DNA from: an uncultured Fibrobacteraceae bacterium
Lineage (GTDB): Bacteria; Krumholzibacteriota; Krumholzibacteriia; LZORAL124-64-63
Direction of reading: 5' to 3'
Assembly: GCA_964389015.1 (NCBI GenBank)
Contig: CAYMCR010000001.1
Span: forward strand, 4,561-68,560
DNA length: 64,000 nt
Position 1 is the stretch's first letter. Each line of letters begins with the position of its first letter. The notes beneath the pieces were generated by a model. That model had not been told where the DNA came from. It saw only the letters and a program-made list of their open reading frames with translations, and ran no database searches. This document shows positions 46,163 through 55,725 of the stretch, in pieces. Position numbers and translations under genes: made by a program.

Positions 46163-48661
46163 TCAGAGATCGTCTGCGGTCCGTATACGGGCCGGTCCAC
46201 CGTCGCGCCAGCGGATGAAGAGAGTACCGTCGAGATCCGTACGGAAGCAGCGCAGCGTGTCGCCACCACTGGTGAAGGGGCCATGGCTCGGGTGCTGGTG
46301 TCGATTCTCCAGTCCGCAGCTGATCAGCACCGTGCCGGGGCGGAAGGCAGCCAATAACTCGGGCGTACTGGAAGTGCGGCTGCCGTGGTGACCCGCCTTG
46401 TACACGTCGATTGCGCCTGGCAACGCCAAGGGCATGTCCACGAGCAGCGCCCGCTCGCCAGCCTGTTCAAGATCGCCGGTCCACAGACCCCTCATGTGGC
46501 CGCGCCAGTACAGCGCTGTGGCCAAGGAGCGATCGTTCTCGTGCAGGTTCGGCATATCCCGGCCCGCGGAGGCGATGCAGACCAGTGCCCAGTCTCCCAC
46601 ATGGTGCAGGGTGTCGCCGGGAACGGGACGCGAAACTCGTGTCGGTACGGTGTGCGCCGGTGCGTCCGTCCGCCCCCCGAGCCACCACGCCGCAACGTCC
46701 ATGGTGGCGTCAAGCTGTTCGCGCGCTCCGTCGTGATCGGCATGGTGATGCGTGAGCACGACGCCGGCGAGGCTGTCGAGGCCCTCACGCCTGAGCCAGG
46801 GACGCACGTCGCGGGCGAAAGGACCCGTGTCCTGCCACGCCTCCCCCGTGTCGACCAGGACAACGCTGCGGTCCGGGAAGACGAGCGCAGCACAATCCCC
46901 CTGTCCCACGTCGAACTGAATGGCCGTCATCTCGCCTGTGGGCAGGGTCCTGCCGCAGAAGGGGATCGCGAGCAGACACGAGGCGGCCAGCGCTCCCGCC
47001 AGGCGCGCTCTGCGCCGTCGACCCGCAACCAGCAGCCACAGGCCTGCGAGGCCCACGACGTACAGGCCCGCCGCCCGGTAATCCCAGACCGGCAGGCCGA
47101 GTCTGGCGGCGTCCAGGGACGACAGGGCGACCGTGCCCGCGGAGAGCAGGCGCAACATCAACCAGGCCACGGCGGCAAGGCCGTCTGCGAGCCAGACCGC
47201 CGGCGACAGCAGGATGGACCCGGCGGCGAGCCAAACGGCCCCCCCGAACAGCGGCACCGCGGCGAGATTGAACGCTGTGGCCAGAGGGTGCAGCCAGCCG
47301 AAGCTCCGCGCCGTCTCCGGCAGCGCGCCCAGCTGCGCCCCGATGCTGACGGCCAGTGCGTTGCCCAGCCACCGCCAGGCACGCGGTGCGTGGCCGAGCC
47401 TAGGCGTCACGACACGTAGCGTGACGACGATGCCAGCGGCGGCGCCGAGCGAGAGGCGCAAGCCAGCGTCCGCAAGGGATGGAGGCGAGAATACCGCCCA
47501 GGCCCAGACCAGCAGGCCCAACGTGCGCAGCCCGTCGTGCCGCCGTCCCGTCCAGGCAGCCAGGGAGGCCGTGGTGAGCAGGGCTGCCGCGCGCAACGAC
47601 GATCCGGGCATACCGACCAGGAGTGTATAACCGAGCAGAAAGAGGGCCAGCAGACCAAATCGTCCCAGGAAACCGATGCGCGCGATGCGGATCAACAGCA
47701 ACAGGATGCCGGCGACGAGTCCCACGTGCAAACCACTGACGGCGAAGAGATGTCCCAGTCCCAGCACGGCATACGAACTCCGTAACTGCCGCATCCCTTC
47801 GCTGCGCTCGCCCAGCAGCACCGACTGGAGCAGACTGGACTCGTTCTGTGGATACAGGCGGTCTAGACGTCCGATGACGGTGCGACGCAAGGGGTCGAGC
47901 ACAGTAGCGCTAGCGCTGCCGAGTGGATCGCCGTCGGTCACGATGGACGCGGCCCTGGTCAAGCGGCCCTCCCAAACGAGGCCCCGGCCCTGCAGGAACC
48001 GGAAAGGCGAGAAGGAACCGGGCACCGCGGCGCGGCGGGGAACCCGGCACGTGAGATCGCCGACAACGAGTTGCCACATGCGTGGCGGCGGTCCTTCGCC
48101 CGAGACCATCACGCCCTCGGCGACCCGGGGTCCGGGACCGCCGCCGTCGGACTCGAAATCCCCGACAGCGACAAGTATCGCCGGCGCGCGCCAATGCGCA
48201 CCCGACATGCGCGGCCAGGCCGTGACGCGCAAACAGGCTCCCGCACGCCACACGCGTCGCCGCGACGGCGACCAGCGATCCTCACACACGACGCCTCTGG
48301 ACATGGCGGGTGCGTCGCTCGCCTGACAACCGGCGCACCAGCCCAACGCCGCGGTGGCGGAGATTCCGGCGAGCAGGACGACGGGGTGTGCAGTCACAGC
48401 CGCGGCGAACGGCGCCAGGCACGCCAGACGGAGCGCTGTTGCGGCGGTAAGGCCCGTCCGGGAAGTCGCTTCGCGCAGCTCCCGGCTGCTCCACTCGCCG
48501 GCCGACAACGAGGCCAGCAGCACGGCGGCCCAGACCACGGTCCAGGGCAGGGTGCGGATGCCGGCCAGGATACGGAGGACCGGGCGGGTAGTCAGTCCGA
48601 GGGTGCGCTGTAACGCGGCAAGGTGAGGATGGGATCGCCGTCGGGGTTCCAGAAGTGGCAC
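46163..48661 (-). CDS. comEC: DNA internalisation-related competence protein ComEC/Rec2 (DUF4131 + competence channel + metallo-beta-lactamase domain)
   Basis: Multi-TM central region. C-terminal MBL motif VLTHHHADHDG and later GHHGS. 832 aa. The N-terminal 70 nt overlap the GGDEF gene's 3' end, so the true start is probably further downstream. Confidence 0.85.
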   Translation of the reverse strand: MPLLEPRRRSHPHLAALQRTLGLTTRPVLRILAGIRTLPWTVVWAAVLLASLSAGEWSSRELREATSRTGLTAATALRLACLAPFAAAVTAHPVVLLAGISATAALGWCAGCQASDAPAMSRGVVCEDRWSPSRRRVWRAGACLRVTAWPRMSGAHWRAPAILVAVGDFESDGGGPGPRVAEGVMVSGEGPPPRMWQLVVGDLTCRVPRRAAVPGSFSPFRFLQGRGLVWEGRLTRAASIVTDGDPLGSASATVLDPLRRTVIGRLDRLYPQNESSLLQSVLLGERSEGMRQLRSSYAVLGLGHLFAVSGLHVGLVAGILLLLIRIARIGFLGRFGLLALFLLGYTLLVGMPGSSLRAAALLTTASLAAWTGRRHDGLRTLGLLVWAWAVFSPPSLADAGLRLSLGAAAGIVVTLRVVTPRLGHAPRAWRWLGNALAVSIGAQLGALPETARSFGWLHPLATAFNLAAVPLFGGAVWLAAGSILLSPAVWLADGLAAVAWLMLRLLSAGTVALSSLDAARLGLPVWDYRAAGLYVVGLAGLWLLVAGRRRRARLAGALAASCLLAIPFCGRTLPTGEMTAIQFDVGQGDCAALVFPDRSVVLVDTGEAWQDTGPFARDVRPWLRREGLDSLAGVVLTHHHADHDGAREQLDATMDVAAWWLGGRTDAPAHTVPTRVSRPVPGDTLHHVGDWALVCIASAGRDMPNLHENDRSLATALYWRGHMRGLWTGDLEQAGERALLVDMPLALPGAIDVYKAGHHGSRTSSTPELLAAFRPGTVLISCGLENRHQHPSHGPFTSGGDTLRCFRTDLDGTLFIRWRDGGPARIRTADDL

Positions 48662-50118
48662 CTGTTGCGGCCTCTCTGCTTCGAGAGGTACAGCATCCTG
48701 TCCGCGTTACGGTAGAGCTCCTCCGGCGTCTCGCCGGCACCGGGGTATTCCACGCCCCCGAAGGAGATGGTGACGCGTAGCGGCTCTTCGGCACCGGGAT
48801 CCGTCAACCTGAGATTGGCGATCCGGACCTGGATACGGGTGACGATGTCGTGGGCGGCCTCGAGGTCCGTGTCGGGCAGGACCAGGGCGAACTCTTCGCC
48901 GCCGACACGACAGACGAGATCGATCCGCCGCAGACCCTGTAGCAGCTCGCGGGCCACGGCCTTGAGTACACGATCGCCGGCGGGATGGCCGTGGCGATCG
49001 TTGACGTCCTTGAAGTGGTCGATGTCCCCCAGCAACAAGACCAGCTGTGATTTGCGACGGTGCGCGCGTTCCATCTCGAGCACGAACTGCTCGTCGAAGA
49101 AAGCGCGGTTGTTGACACCCGTGAGATTGTCGGTGTGCACCAGACGACTCATCAGAAGGGTCTGACGCCACCCGTTGGTTACGAAGCGAGAGATGCGCAG
49201 CGCCAGGTTGATCAAGGTCTCGCGTTCGATCGGCTCGGTGTGGATCACGTAGAGCAGCCCCACCTCGCTACTCTCACCTGCGCCTTCGGACGCCGCCACT
49301 TCAGCCGGCGGGTAAAGCGGCACGGCGACGCCCGCCGTAAAACTAACCTTTTCGCCGCCTTCCCCGCTACGACGACGCAACTGCGACGGCAGTTCGTTGC
49401 GCGACGGAATCCAGACTACTTCGCCCGCGACCCTCGTCACGGCCCAGAAGGGCCGGTCCTCCCGCGGACTGGTGCCGATGTTCGGCAAGGGTTCGGGAAC
49501 GTCCGCCGGCTTGAAGAGTTCGATGTGGAGCTCGGCGTGCGGGAAGGTCGGCTTGAGAAGTTCCACCACGTCCTGGAGTATGCAGGCGACACCGCTGCCG
49601 GTCGTGCGGGTGACCGTCAGATCCTGCGCCCGCTCCATGGCGTTGAGAAGACGTTCGTGCAACTCGGGATCGTGTGTCGACAGTGGATCCGGGTCGGGGA
49701 GTCGCTCCTCCACAGGAGCGGTCTCTTGGACTGTTTCTGCGACGGCTGCTTCTTCCGTCGGTTGCGCAGCCGGGTAGAACGGCGACAGGTCGAGCAGGGC
49801 GCCGTGGTCCTGCAACGCGTAGGTGAGATCAGCGCCCGCTTCGTCGCCGCCGACCGTAACCCTGACCAGGTCGCCGCGGCGGATCATATTGGTGACCAAC
49901 GAGCGTCCGTACTTCAGCAGAGCCTCCGGGTCGTTCGCCGCCAGGGCCACGCGCAGAGCGCGGCGCAGTGGTGTGGCGACCTGCGCTACGGAAAGGAGAT
50001 GCTGTATGAGTGCTCTCAAGGCGATGTTCGTCTCCCCTGCAGATGTCACCTTGACGCGCTTGAGTTGCACGTATATTGGTACGGGACTGGCAAGTTCGCA
50101 CGTATATAATTGTGACAC
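48592..50118 (-). CDS. Diguanylate cyclase (GGDEF domain, active-site GGEEF) with a ~330-aa N-terminal sensory region (GAF-like)
   Basis: C-terminal NLTGVNNRAFFDEQ...LLGDIDHFKDVNDRHGHPAGDRVL...RVGGEEFALVLPDT is the canonical GGDEF domain with an intact GG(D/E)EF. GTG start at 50118. Confidence 0.85.
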   Translation of the reverse strand: MSQLYTCELASPVPIYVQLKRVKVTSAGETNIALRALIQHLLSVAQVATPLRRALRVALAANDPEALLKYGRSLVTNMIRRGDLVRVTVGGDEAGADLTYALQDHGALLDLSPFYPAAQPTEEAAVAETVQETAPVEERLPDPDPLSTHDPELHERLLNAMERAQDLTVTRTTGSGVACILQDVVELLKPTFPHAELHIELFKPADVPEPLPNIGTSPREDRPFWAVTRVAGEVVWIPSRNELPSQLRRRSGEGGEKVSFTAGVAVPLYPPAEVAASEGAGESSEVGLLYVIHTEPIERETLINLALRISRFVTNGWRQTLLMSRLVHTDNLTGVNNRAFFDEQFVLEMERAHRRKSQLVLLLGDIDHFKDVNDRHGHPAGDRVLKAVARELLQGLRRIDLVCRVGGEEFALVLPDTDLEAAHDIVTRIQVRIANLRLTDPGAEEPLRVTISFGGVEYPGAGETPEELYRNADRMLYLSKQRGRNRCHFWNPDGDPILTLPRYSAPSD

Positions 50119-50216
50119 ATTGTGCGCTCACTTGCAATATAGATAGTCTACTTCCTTTCAGCGAACTCGTTTTCAGACAGATGTCACGGTGCATTCAGAA
50201 GTACGGGAGAACAAGG

Positions 50217-51956
50217 ATGTCAAGCCTCATCGACCAGGGAAAGCACTCCCCCCGCGGCATAGCCGCGCTGGTCCTCGCCCTGATCTGCCTCGTAGGATGT
50301 TCGCCCCGACTGACTACGACCGGAGTGTCGGCGGACACGCCCCCGGCGCAAGTGGCGCCGGTCTCCGCGGTCGCCGCGGCCGACTCGCAACTCATCGCCG
50401 CACCGTTGCCCACGCAACCTCCCGAGGGCGCCGCCGCCGCCGCCTTGCGCAACGTGCTGGAAGACCGCCCCGACCTTGCCCAGCTCGACCGGATCTATCG
50501 CCAGGCCCTGGAACTCCTCTCCCGCACCCAGTACGAGACCGCCGAGGATCTGCTCTTCGTCCTCAAGGAGGAAGCCGTGGCGATGATGCCCGCCGATCGC
50601 GACAGCGTGGCGCGCAGCTTTCTCACCAGCCTGGACAGGCGGGTCACCTTGCTGGGGGGGGTGCTCGCCGAGGATCGCGTGTTGAGCCTGTCTGTCGCGG
50701 CGGACGATTCCCTTCTGGCTGCCGCCTACGACAACCTGCACGGCCTGTCCTTCCCGGATTCCCTGATTCCCGTCTCGGGCGCGCGGAGCAGCGGCATCCA
50801 GAGCGATCTGCTCGGCGTGGACAATGCAGCGGTGCGCCAGTGGTTGGATTATTTCACGGGGAGCGGACGCGCCAGCATTCAGATATGGCTGGACCGCAAG
50901 GCGGCCGTGGATTCCCTGATCTATCGCTACCTCGACGAGGCCGGCCTGCCGCGCGAACTGATCTACCTGGCCGCCATCGAGAGCGGTTTCAACACGCACG
51001 CTCGTTCCGGCGTGGGAGCCGTCGGCCCCTGGCAGTTCATGCCTGGTACCGCCCGTCATTATCATCTGCGTTGCGACTGGTGGGTCGACGAGCGACGCGA
51101 TCCCGAGTTGTCCACGCGCGCGGCCGTCACCTATCTCTCGCAACTCTATCACCATTTCCGGGACTGGGCCCTCGTGCTGGCCGCCTACAATACCGGCGAA
51201 CACCGCGTAGACCGGTCGATCCGACTCACGGGGCACGATAATTTCTGGGATCTGCACATGCCCTGGCAGACGCGCAATCACGTGCCCAAGTTCATCGCCG
51301 TGGCGCGCATCTGCGAGGATCCCCTCGCCCACGGCCTCGATCCGACGCTCGGGACCAAGCTGGGCTACGACGTCGTGGACGTGACCGACGCCACCGACCT
51401 GGGTTTGATCGCGGACTGCGCCGGTGTGCCCAAGGAGGAGGTCGTTGCCTTGAATCCCGGCTTGTTGCGGCAGGCCACCCCGCCGGGCGCCGGTGATTAT
51501 CCCGTCCGGGTTCCCACCGGCACGGGTGTCCGCTGCCTGAGCAAGCTGCGGGCGATACCGCGGGCCGAACGCCTCACCTGGCGCCGGCACACGGTGCTCA
51601 GGGGCGAGACGCTGGGCGCCGTCGCCACCCGCTACGGCACGTCGGTGGCAGACATCGCCGAGCTGAACGGCCTCCGCAACGTGGCGCTGATACATCCCGG
51701 GGACAAGCTGCTCATTCCCATGCCCGCCGTGCTGGCCGATCGGGCCGAACAACGGGTGGCCGCCAGCGGCCACTACGTTCCACCCAGCGGTTACGAGCGG
51801 GTCAGCTATCGAGTCAAGAGTGGAGACACCCTCACCGGCATCGCGCGCAAGCTGGGCGTCAGCCTGCGCCACCTGCGACGGGTGAACAACATGCACGGCA
51901 CCAGCCTGATCAAGCCGGGTCAGAGGGTCTTCGCCTACAGACCCCCAAACCCCTGA
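50217..51956 (+). CDS. mltD: Membrane-bound lytic murein transglycosylase D-like lipoprotein (SLT domain + 2 LysM)
   Basis: ATG at 50217 with a GGGAGA RBS. Lipoprotein signal ALVLALICLVGCSP. SLT catalytic region LAAIESGFNTHARSGVGAVGPWQFMPGTA...AYNTGE. Two C-terminal LysM domains (HTVLRGETLGAVATRYGTSVADIAELNGL; YRVKSGDTLTGIARKLGVSLRHLRRVN). Confidence 0.85.
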   Translation: MSSLIDQGKHSPRGIAALVLALICLVGCSPRLTTTGVSADTPPAQVAPVSAVAAADSQLIAAPLPTQPPEGAAAAALRNVLEDRPDLAQLDRIYRQALELLSRTQYETAEDLLFVLKEEAVAMMPADRDSVARSFLTSLDRRVTLLGGVLAEDRVLSLSVAADDSLLAAAYDNLHGLSFPDSLIPVSGARSSGIQSDLLGVDNAAVRQWLDYFTGSGRASIQIWLDRKAAVDSLIYRYLDEAGLPRELIYLAAIESGFNTHARSGVGAVGPWQFMPGTARHYHLRCDWWVDERRDPELSTRAAVTYLSQLYHHFRDWALVLAAYNTGEHRVDRSIRLTGHDNFWDLHMPWQTRNHVPKFIAVARICEDPLAHGLDPTLGTKLGYDVVDVTDATDLGLIADCAGVPKEEVVALNPGLLRQATPPGAGDYPVRVPTGTGVRCLSKLRAIPRAERLTWRRHTVLRGETLGAVATRYGTSVADIAELNGLRNVALIHPGDKLLIPMPAVLADRAEQRVAASGHYVPPSGYERVSYRVKSGDTLTGIARKLGVSLRHLRRVNNMHGTSLIKPGQRVFAYRPPNP

Positions 51957-51965
51957 CCAGCGCGC

Positions 51966-53048
51966 CTAGAAATGGGCGGTGATGCTGACGCGGTGGGTTT
52001 CCTCGTCGATCTCGAGCACGTCCCCTGCATAAGCATAGTCGATGGTCAGCATGGCGAGGCGGAAACCGGCGCCCATGGTGATGTCGTCGAGGGACCAGCC
52101 CGAATCGAAGCCTCCCCGCAGGAAGACCTTCTCGTGCAGGGCGAGTTCCCCGCCGCAGTGCACGTTCGTGCTGAGAGAGCCGGTGTGGTACTGATCGGCG
52201 GCCCGGCGGTTCTCGAAGCGCGTTTCGGCGCTGGTGGCCAGTGTGATGCGCGCGTCCCACGACGGCAGGTGCAGATTGTAGGCGAGAGCGGGCACGATCG
52301 TGGGTGCGATCTTTTCGTTCTTGGCATAGCCGTCCGGTCCCGACCAGGAGAGATAGGTCCTGGTGGCGTCCTGCAGTTTCAAACCGAAATCCAGGTCGCG
52401 CCAGATCCCGCGGCGCAGGGCGCCCAGGTCCAGGCCGATACCCACGCTCGAGTATTCGCCGACGCTCTGGCGGATGAACTTCACGGTCCCGCCCAGTTGC
52501 CAGTCGCCCTTGCGTTCGGCGTAGCTGGCGAAGAGCGCCAGCTCGGAATCGCTGGCGAACTTGATCTGGTCCTGGATGGCGAACAGGCCCTGGAGTTCGT
52601 CGTCGGTCACGGTACCGTCGCCGTTGGCATCCAGCTGATCGAAGAGATGATCGGTGAGCGGAATATCATCGATGCCGAGGCGAATAGCCGAGATGGCGAA
52701 AGCGCCGTCCTGGCCGCCGAGCAGGGACCAGCCCACGGGCTGGGCGTAGGCCACGTAGTCGCGGTCGATCAGATCGCCGAAGCGTTCGGCGTGCATCAGC
52801 AACAGGTTGCGACCGTCGGTACCTACGAGGCCGGCGGGATTCCAGAAGGCGGCGGAAGGGTCGTCGGCCACCGCCGTGAAGGCACCCCCCATGGCGAGTG
52901 CGCGCGCGCCGCCACCGTCCTCCATGAAAGCGCCGGCGTACTTGTCGGCCAAGGCTTCCGTGGGCGAGGAAGCGATGACGACGAAAAGACTGATAGCGCA
53001 GACGGAGAGGGCGCTGATATGCGTCCGGTTGGTGCCGGTGAACAGCAT
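51966..53048 (-). CDS. Outer-membrane beta-barrel protein of the FadL/OmpP1-like family (possible T9SS PorV/LptO-type)
   Basis: Start at MLFTG (ATG 53046-53048), with a GAGGAT RBS and signal peptide ...VVIASSPTEALA. The N-terminal motif GARALAMGGAFTAVADDPSAAFWNPAGL resembles the FadL-family N-terminal hatch motif (E. coli [23 protein letters not shown]). Alternating beta-strand pattern, ending in an aromatic residue (F). Confidence 0.5.
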   Translation of the reverse strand: MLFTGTNRTHISALSVCAISLFVVIASSPTEALADKYAGAFMEDGGGARALAMGGAFTAVADDPSAAFWNPAGLVGTDGRNLLLMHAERFGDLIDRDYVAYAQPVGWSLLGGQDGAFAISAIRLGIDDIPLTDHLFDQLDANGDGTVTDDELQGLFAIQDQIKFASDSELALFASYAERKGDWQLGGTVKFIRQSVGEYSSVGIGLDLGALRRGIWRDLDFGLKLQDATRTYLSWSGPDGYAKNEKIAPTIVPALAYNLHLPSWDARITLATSAETRFENRRAADQYHTGSLSTNVHCGGELALHEKVFLRGGFDSGWSLDDITMGAGFRLAMLTIDYAYAGDVLEIDEETHRVSITAHF

Positions 53049-53073
53049 GTAGGATCCTCGCATTCTCAGGGGT

Positions 53074-53100
53074 GAGAAAAGCCGCTCCGGTACGGACGGC
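53074..53100 (-). terminator. Possible Rho-independent terminator downstream of the sigma54 activator gene
   Basis: Imperfect GC hairpin GCCGUCCGUACCGGAGCGGC, followed on the minus strand by UUUUCUC. 66 nt after the activator stop. Confidence 0.4.
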
Positions 53101-53165
53101 TCATCACACATGATACGCCAATGATGCGGCCGGAGCCAAGCCCCCAGTACAGGGCCAAGTGCATC

Positions 53166-54656
<1,491 letters not shown>

Positions 54657-54673
54657 GTGAGTTCCTCCTGCTA

Positions 54674-54695
54674 TCCTGTCAGGCTTCCTGTCAGG
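54674..54695. promoter_or_regulatory. Tandem palindromic operator-like element (2 x TCCTGTCAGG; CCTG-N-CAGG inverted repeats) between the promoter and the RBS of the FleQ-like gene
   Basis: tcctgtcagg (54674-54683), ct, tcctgtcagg (54686-54695). Each unit is itself palindromic. It lies in a locally AT-rich leader (54700-54760) that contains TATTAT/TATAAT-like hexamers and a TTGGCG -35-like element. Confidence 0.4.
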
Positions 54696-54800
54696 CGCAA
54701 AATATCTCTGAATCTCTGCAATCGATGGATATAATAGCACATATGATGCACGGACGCCAACCTTGCAGTCGTGCGTGCAGGGGGCATGTCAGTTCGGCGA

Positions 54801-55292
54801 TCAGTTCTGCCGGTGCAGGTACTCCACATCCATGCCGTTGATGAAGGACTCGTAGGCCACGTTGGCGCCGGTTGCACGACCGCTCTTGAGCGCGATCTCA
54901 TCCAGCGTTTCCGCAGCTCTGCGCAGGCGCCGCAGCATCGCATCCAGGGCCTCCAACCCTAGCTCCCCCGTCTCCCCACGGCCGGGCTGTGCGGGTACGG
55001 CAGCCTGGACCGCGCGATAGGCGGCCAGACCCGCGGCGGCAGGTGCGGCTTTTATTTCGGATCGTGCCTGGACTTCGCTTTGACGTGGGCGCGTCGCATG
55101 AGCCGGCAGCGCGGGTTTCCAGTTCGTCAGGAGCACCGGCCAGGTCAGGCCGGGCAAGCGCCGGCGCAGGCGCTGGATCTGGATGTAGACCACCACGACG
55201 ATGGCCGTGCCGCCGGCTGCCAGAGCTACCGCGCCCAGCCAGGCCATGGTCTTGTTGCCGCTCTCGAGTAGATTGAGTATGTCCAGACCCAT
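54801..55292 (-). CDS. Hypothetical single-pass membrane protein (163 aa) in the flagellar regulatory segment
   Basis: N-terminal TM helix AWLGAVALAAGGTAIVVVVYIQI. Ala/Pro-rich linker. C-terminal helical region. No family recognised. Located downstream of fliA and upstream of the fleQ-like gene. Confidence 0.4.
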   Translation of the reverse strand: MGLDILNLLESGNKTMAWLGAVALAAGGTAIVVVVYIQIQRLRRRLPGLTWPVLLTNWKPALPAHATRPRQSEVQARSEIKAAPAAAGLAAYRAVQAAVPAQPGRGETGELGLEALDAMLRRLRRAAETLDEIALKSGRATGANVAYESFINGMDVEYLHRQN

Positions 55293-55345
55293 AGCCGATA
55301 CCTCGCACTGCTGTTAATCGGGAAGTGCCATGTCGGCGCGCGCCC

Positions 55346-55675
55346 TCAGGCTTTCGTGTCCAACATGACGCCCTTGCCACCGTCCTCGGGCTCGTCCGCC
55401 GAGCCCGCCGTTTCCTTCGCGCCGGAGGGTGTGTCTTGCACCTCGTCCTGCGGCTCCTTGTTTGCGGTTCCGCCCCGATCGCGTTTGCGGTCGGGATCGA
55501 TCTTCTGCTTCTGCACCTCTTCGTTGTGTTTGACCCGGTCCACGCGCTTGTCGTTCTTCAACAGCTTGTCGGTCGCCGGATTCACGGGCTGCGTGGCTTG
55601 TCCCTTGACCTGGGTGCGGGCCAGATTGGCGATCTGGCTGATGGTGGTCTTGACGGAGAAGCCATCACTCGTCAT
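55346..55675 (-). CDS. Hypothetical 109-aa highly charged, low-complexity protein (likely disordered) immediately downstream of fliA
   Basis: Strong RBS GGGAGGTG 4 nt before the ATG. Composition K/D/E/Q-rich (..KHNEEVQKQKIDPDRKRDRGGTANKEPQDEVQD..). No TM helix. Confidence 0.45.
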   Translation of the reverse strand: MTSDGFSVKTTISQIANLARTQVKGQATQPVNPATDKLLKNDKRVDRVKHNEEVQKQKIDPDRKRDRGGTANKEPQDEVQDTPSGAKETAGSADEPEDGGKGVMLDTKA

Positions 55676-55725
55676 GTCACACCTCCCGCACTGCTCTGCG
55701 TCCGCGCCCGGCTGTTAGACAACCG

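Noticed and set aside
53049-53165. Sigma54 or sigma28 promoter for the FadL/PorV-like gene
   Set aside because: No GG-N10-GC or TAAA-N15-GCCGATAA match is present. The region instead holds a terminator-like hairpin for the upstream activator gene.
55321-55340. Exact TGGCAC hexamer 10 nt upstream of the 163-aa membrane-protein gene, considered as a sigma54 promoter
   Set aside because: The -12 position reads GATT instead of TTGC, so the conserved GC dinucleotide is absent at N10 spacing. A lone hexamer is expected by chance at this GC content.
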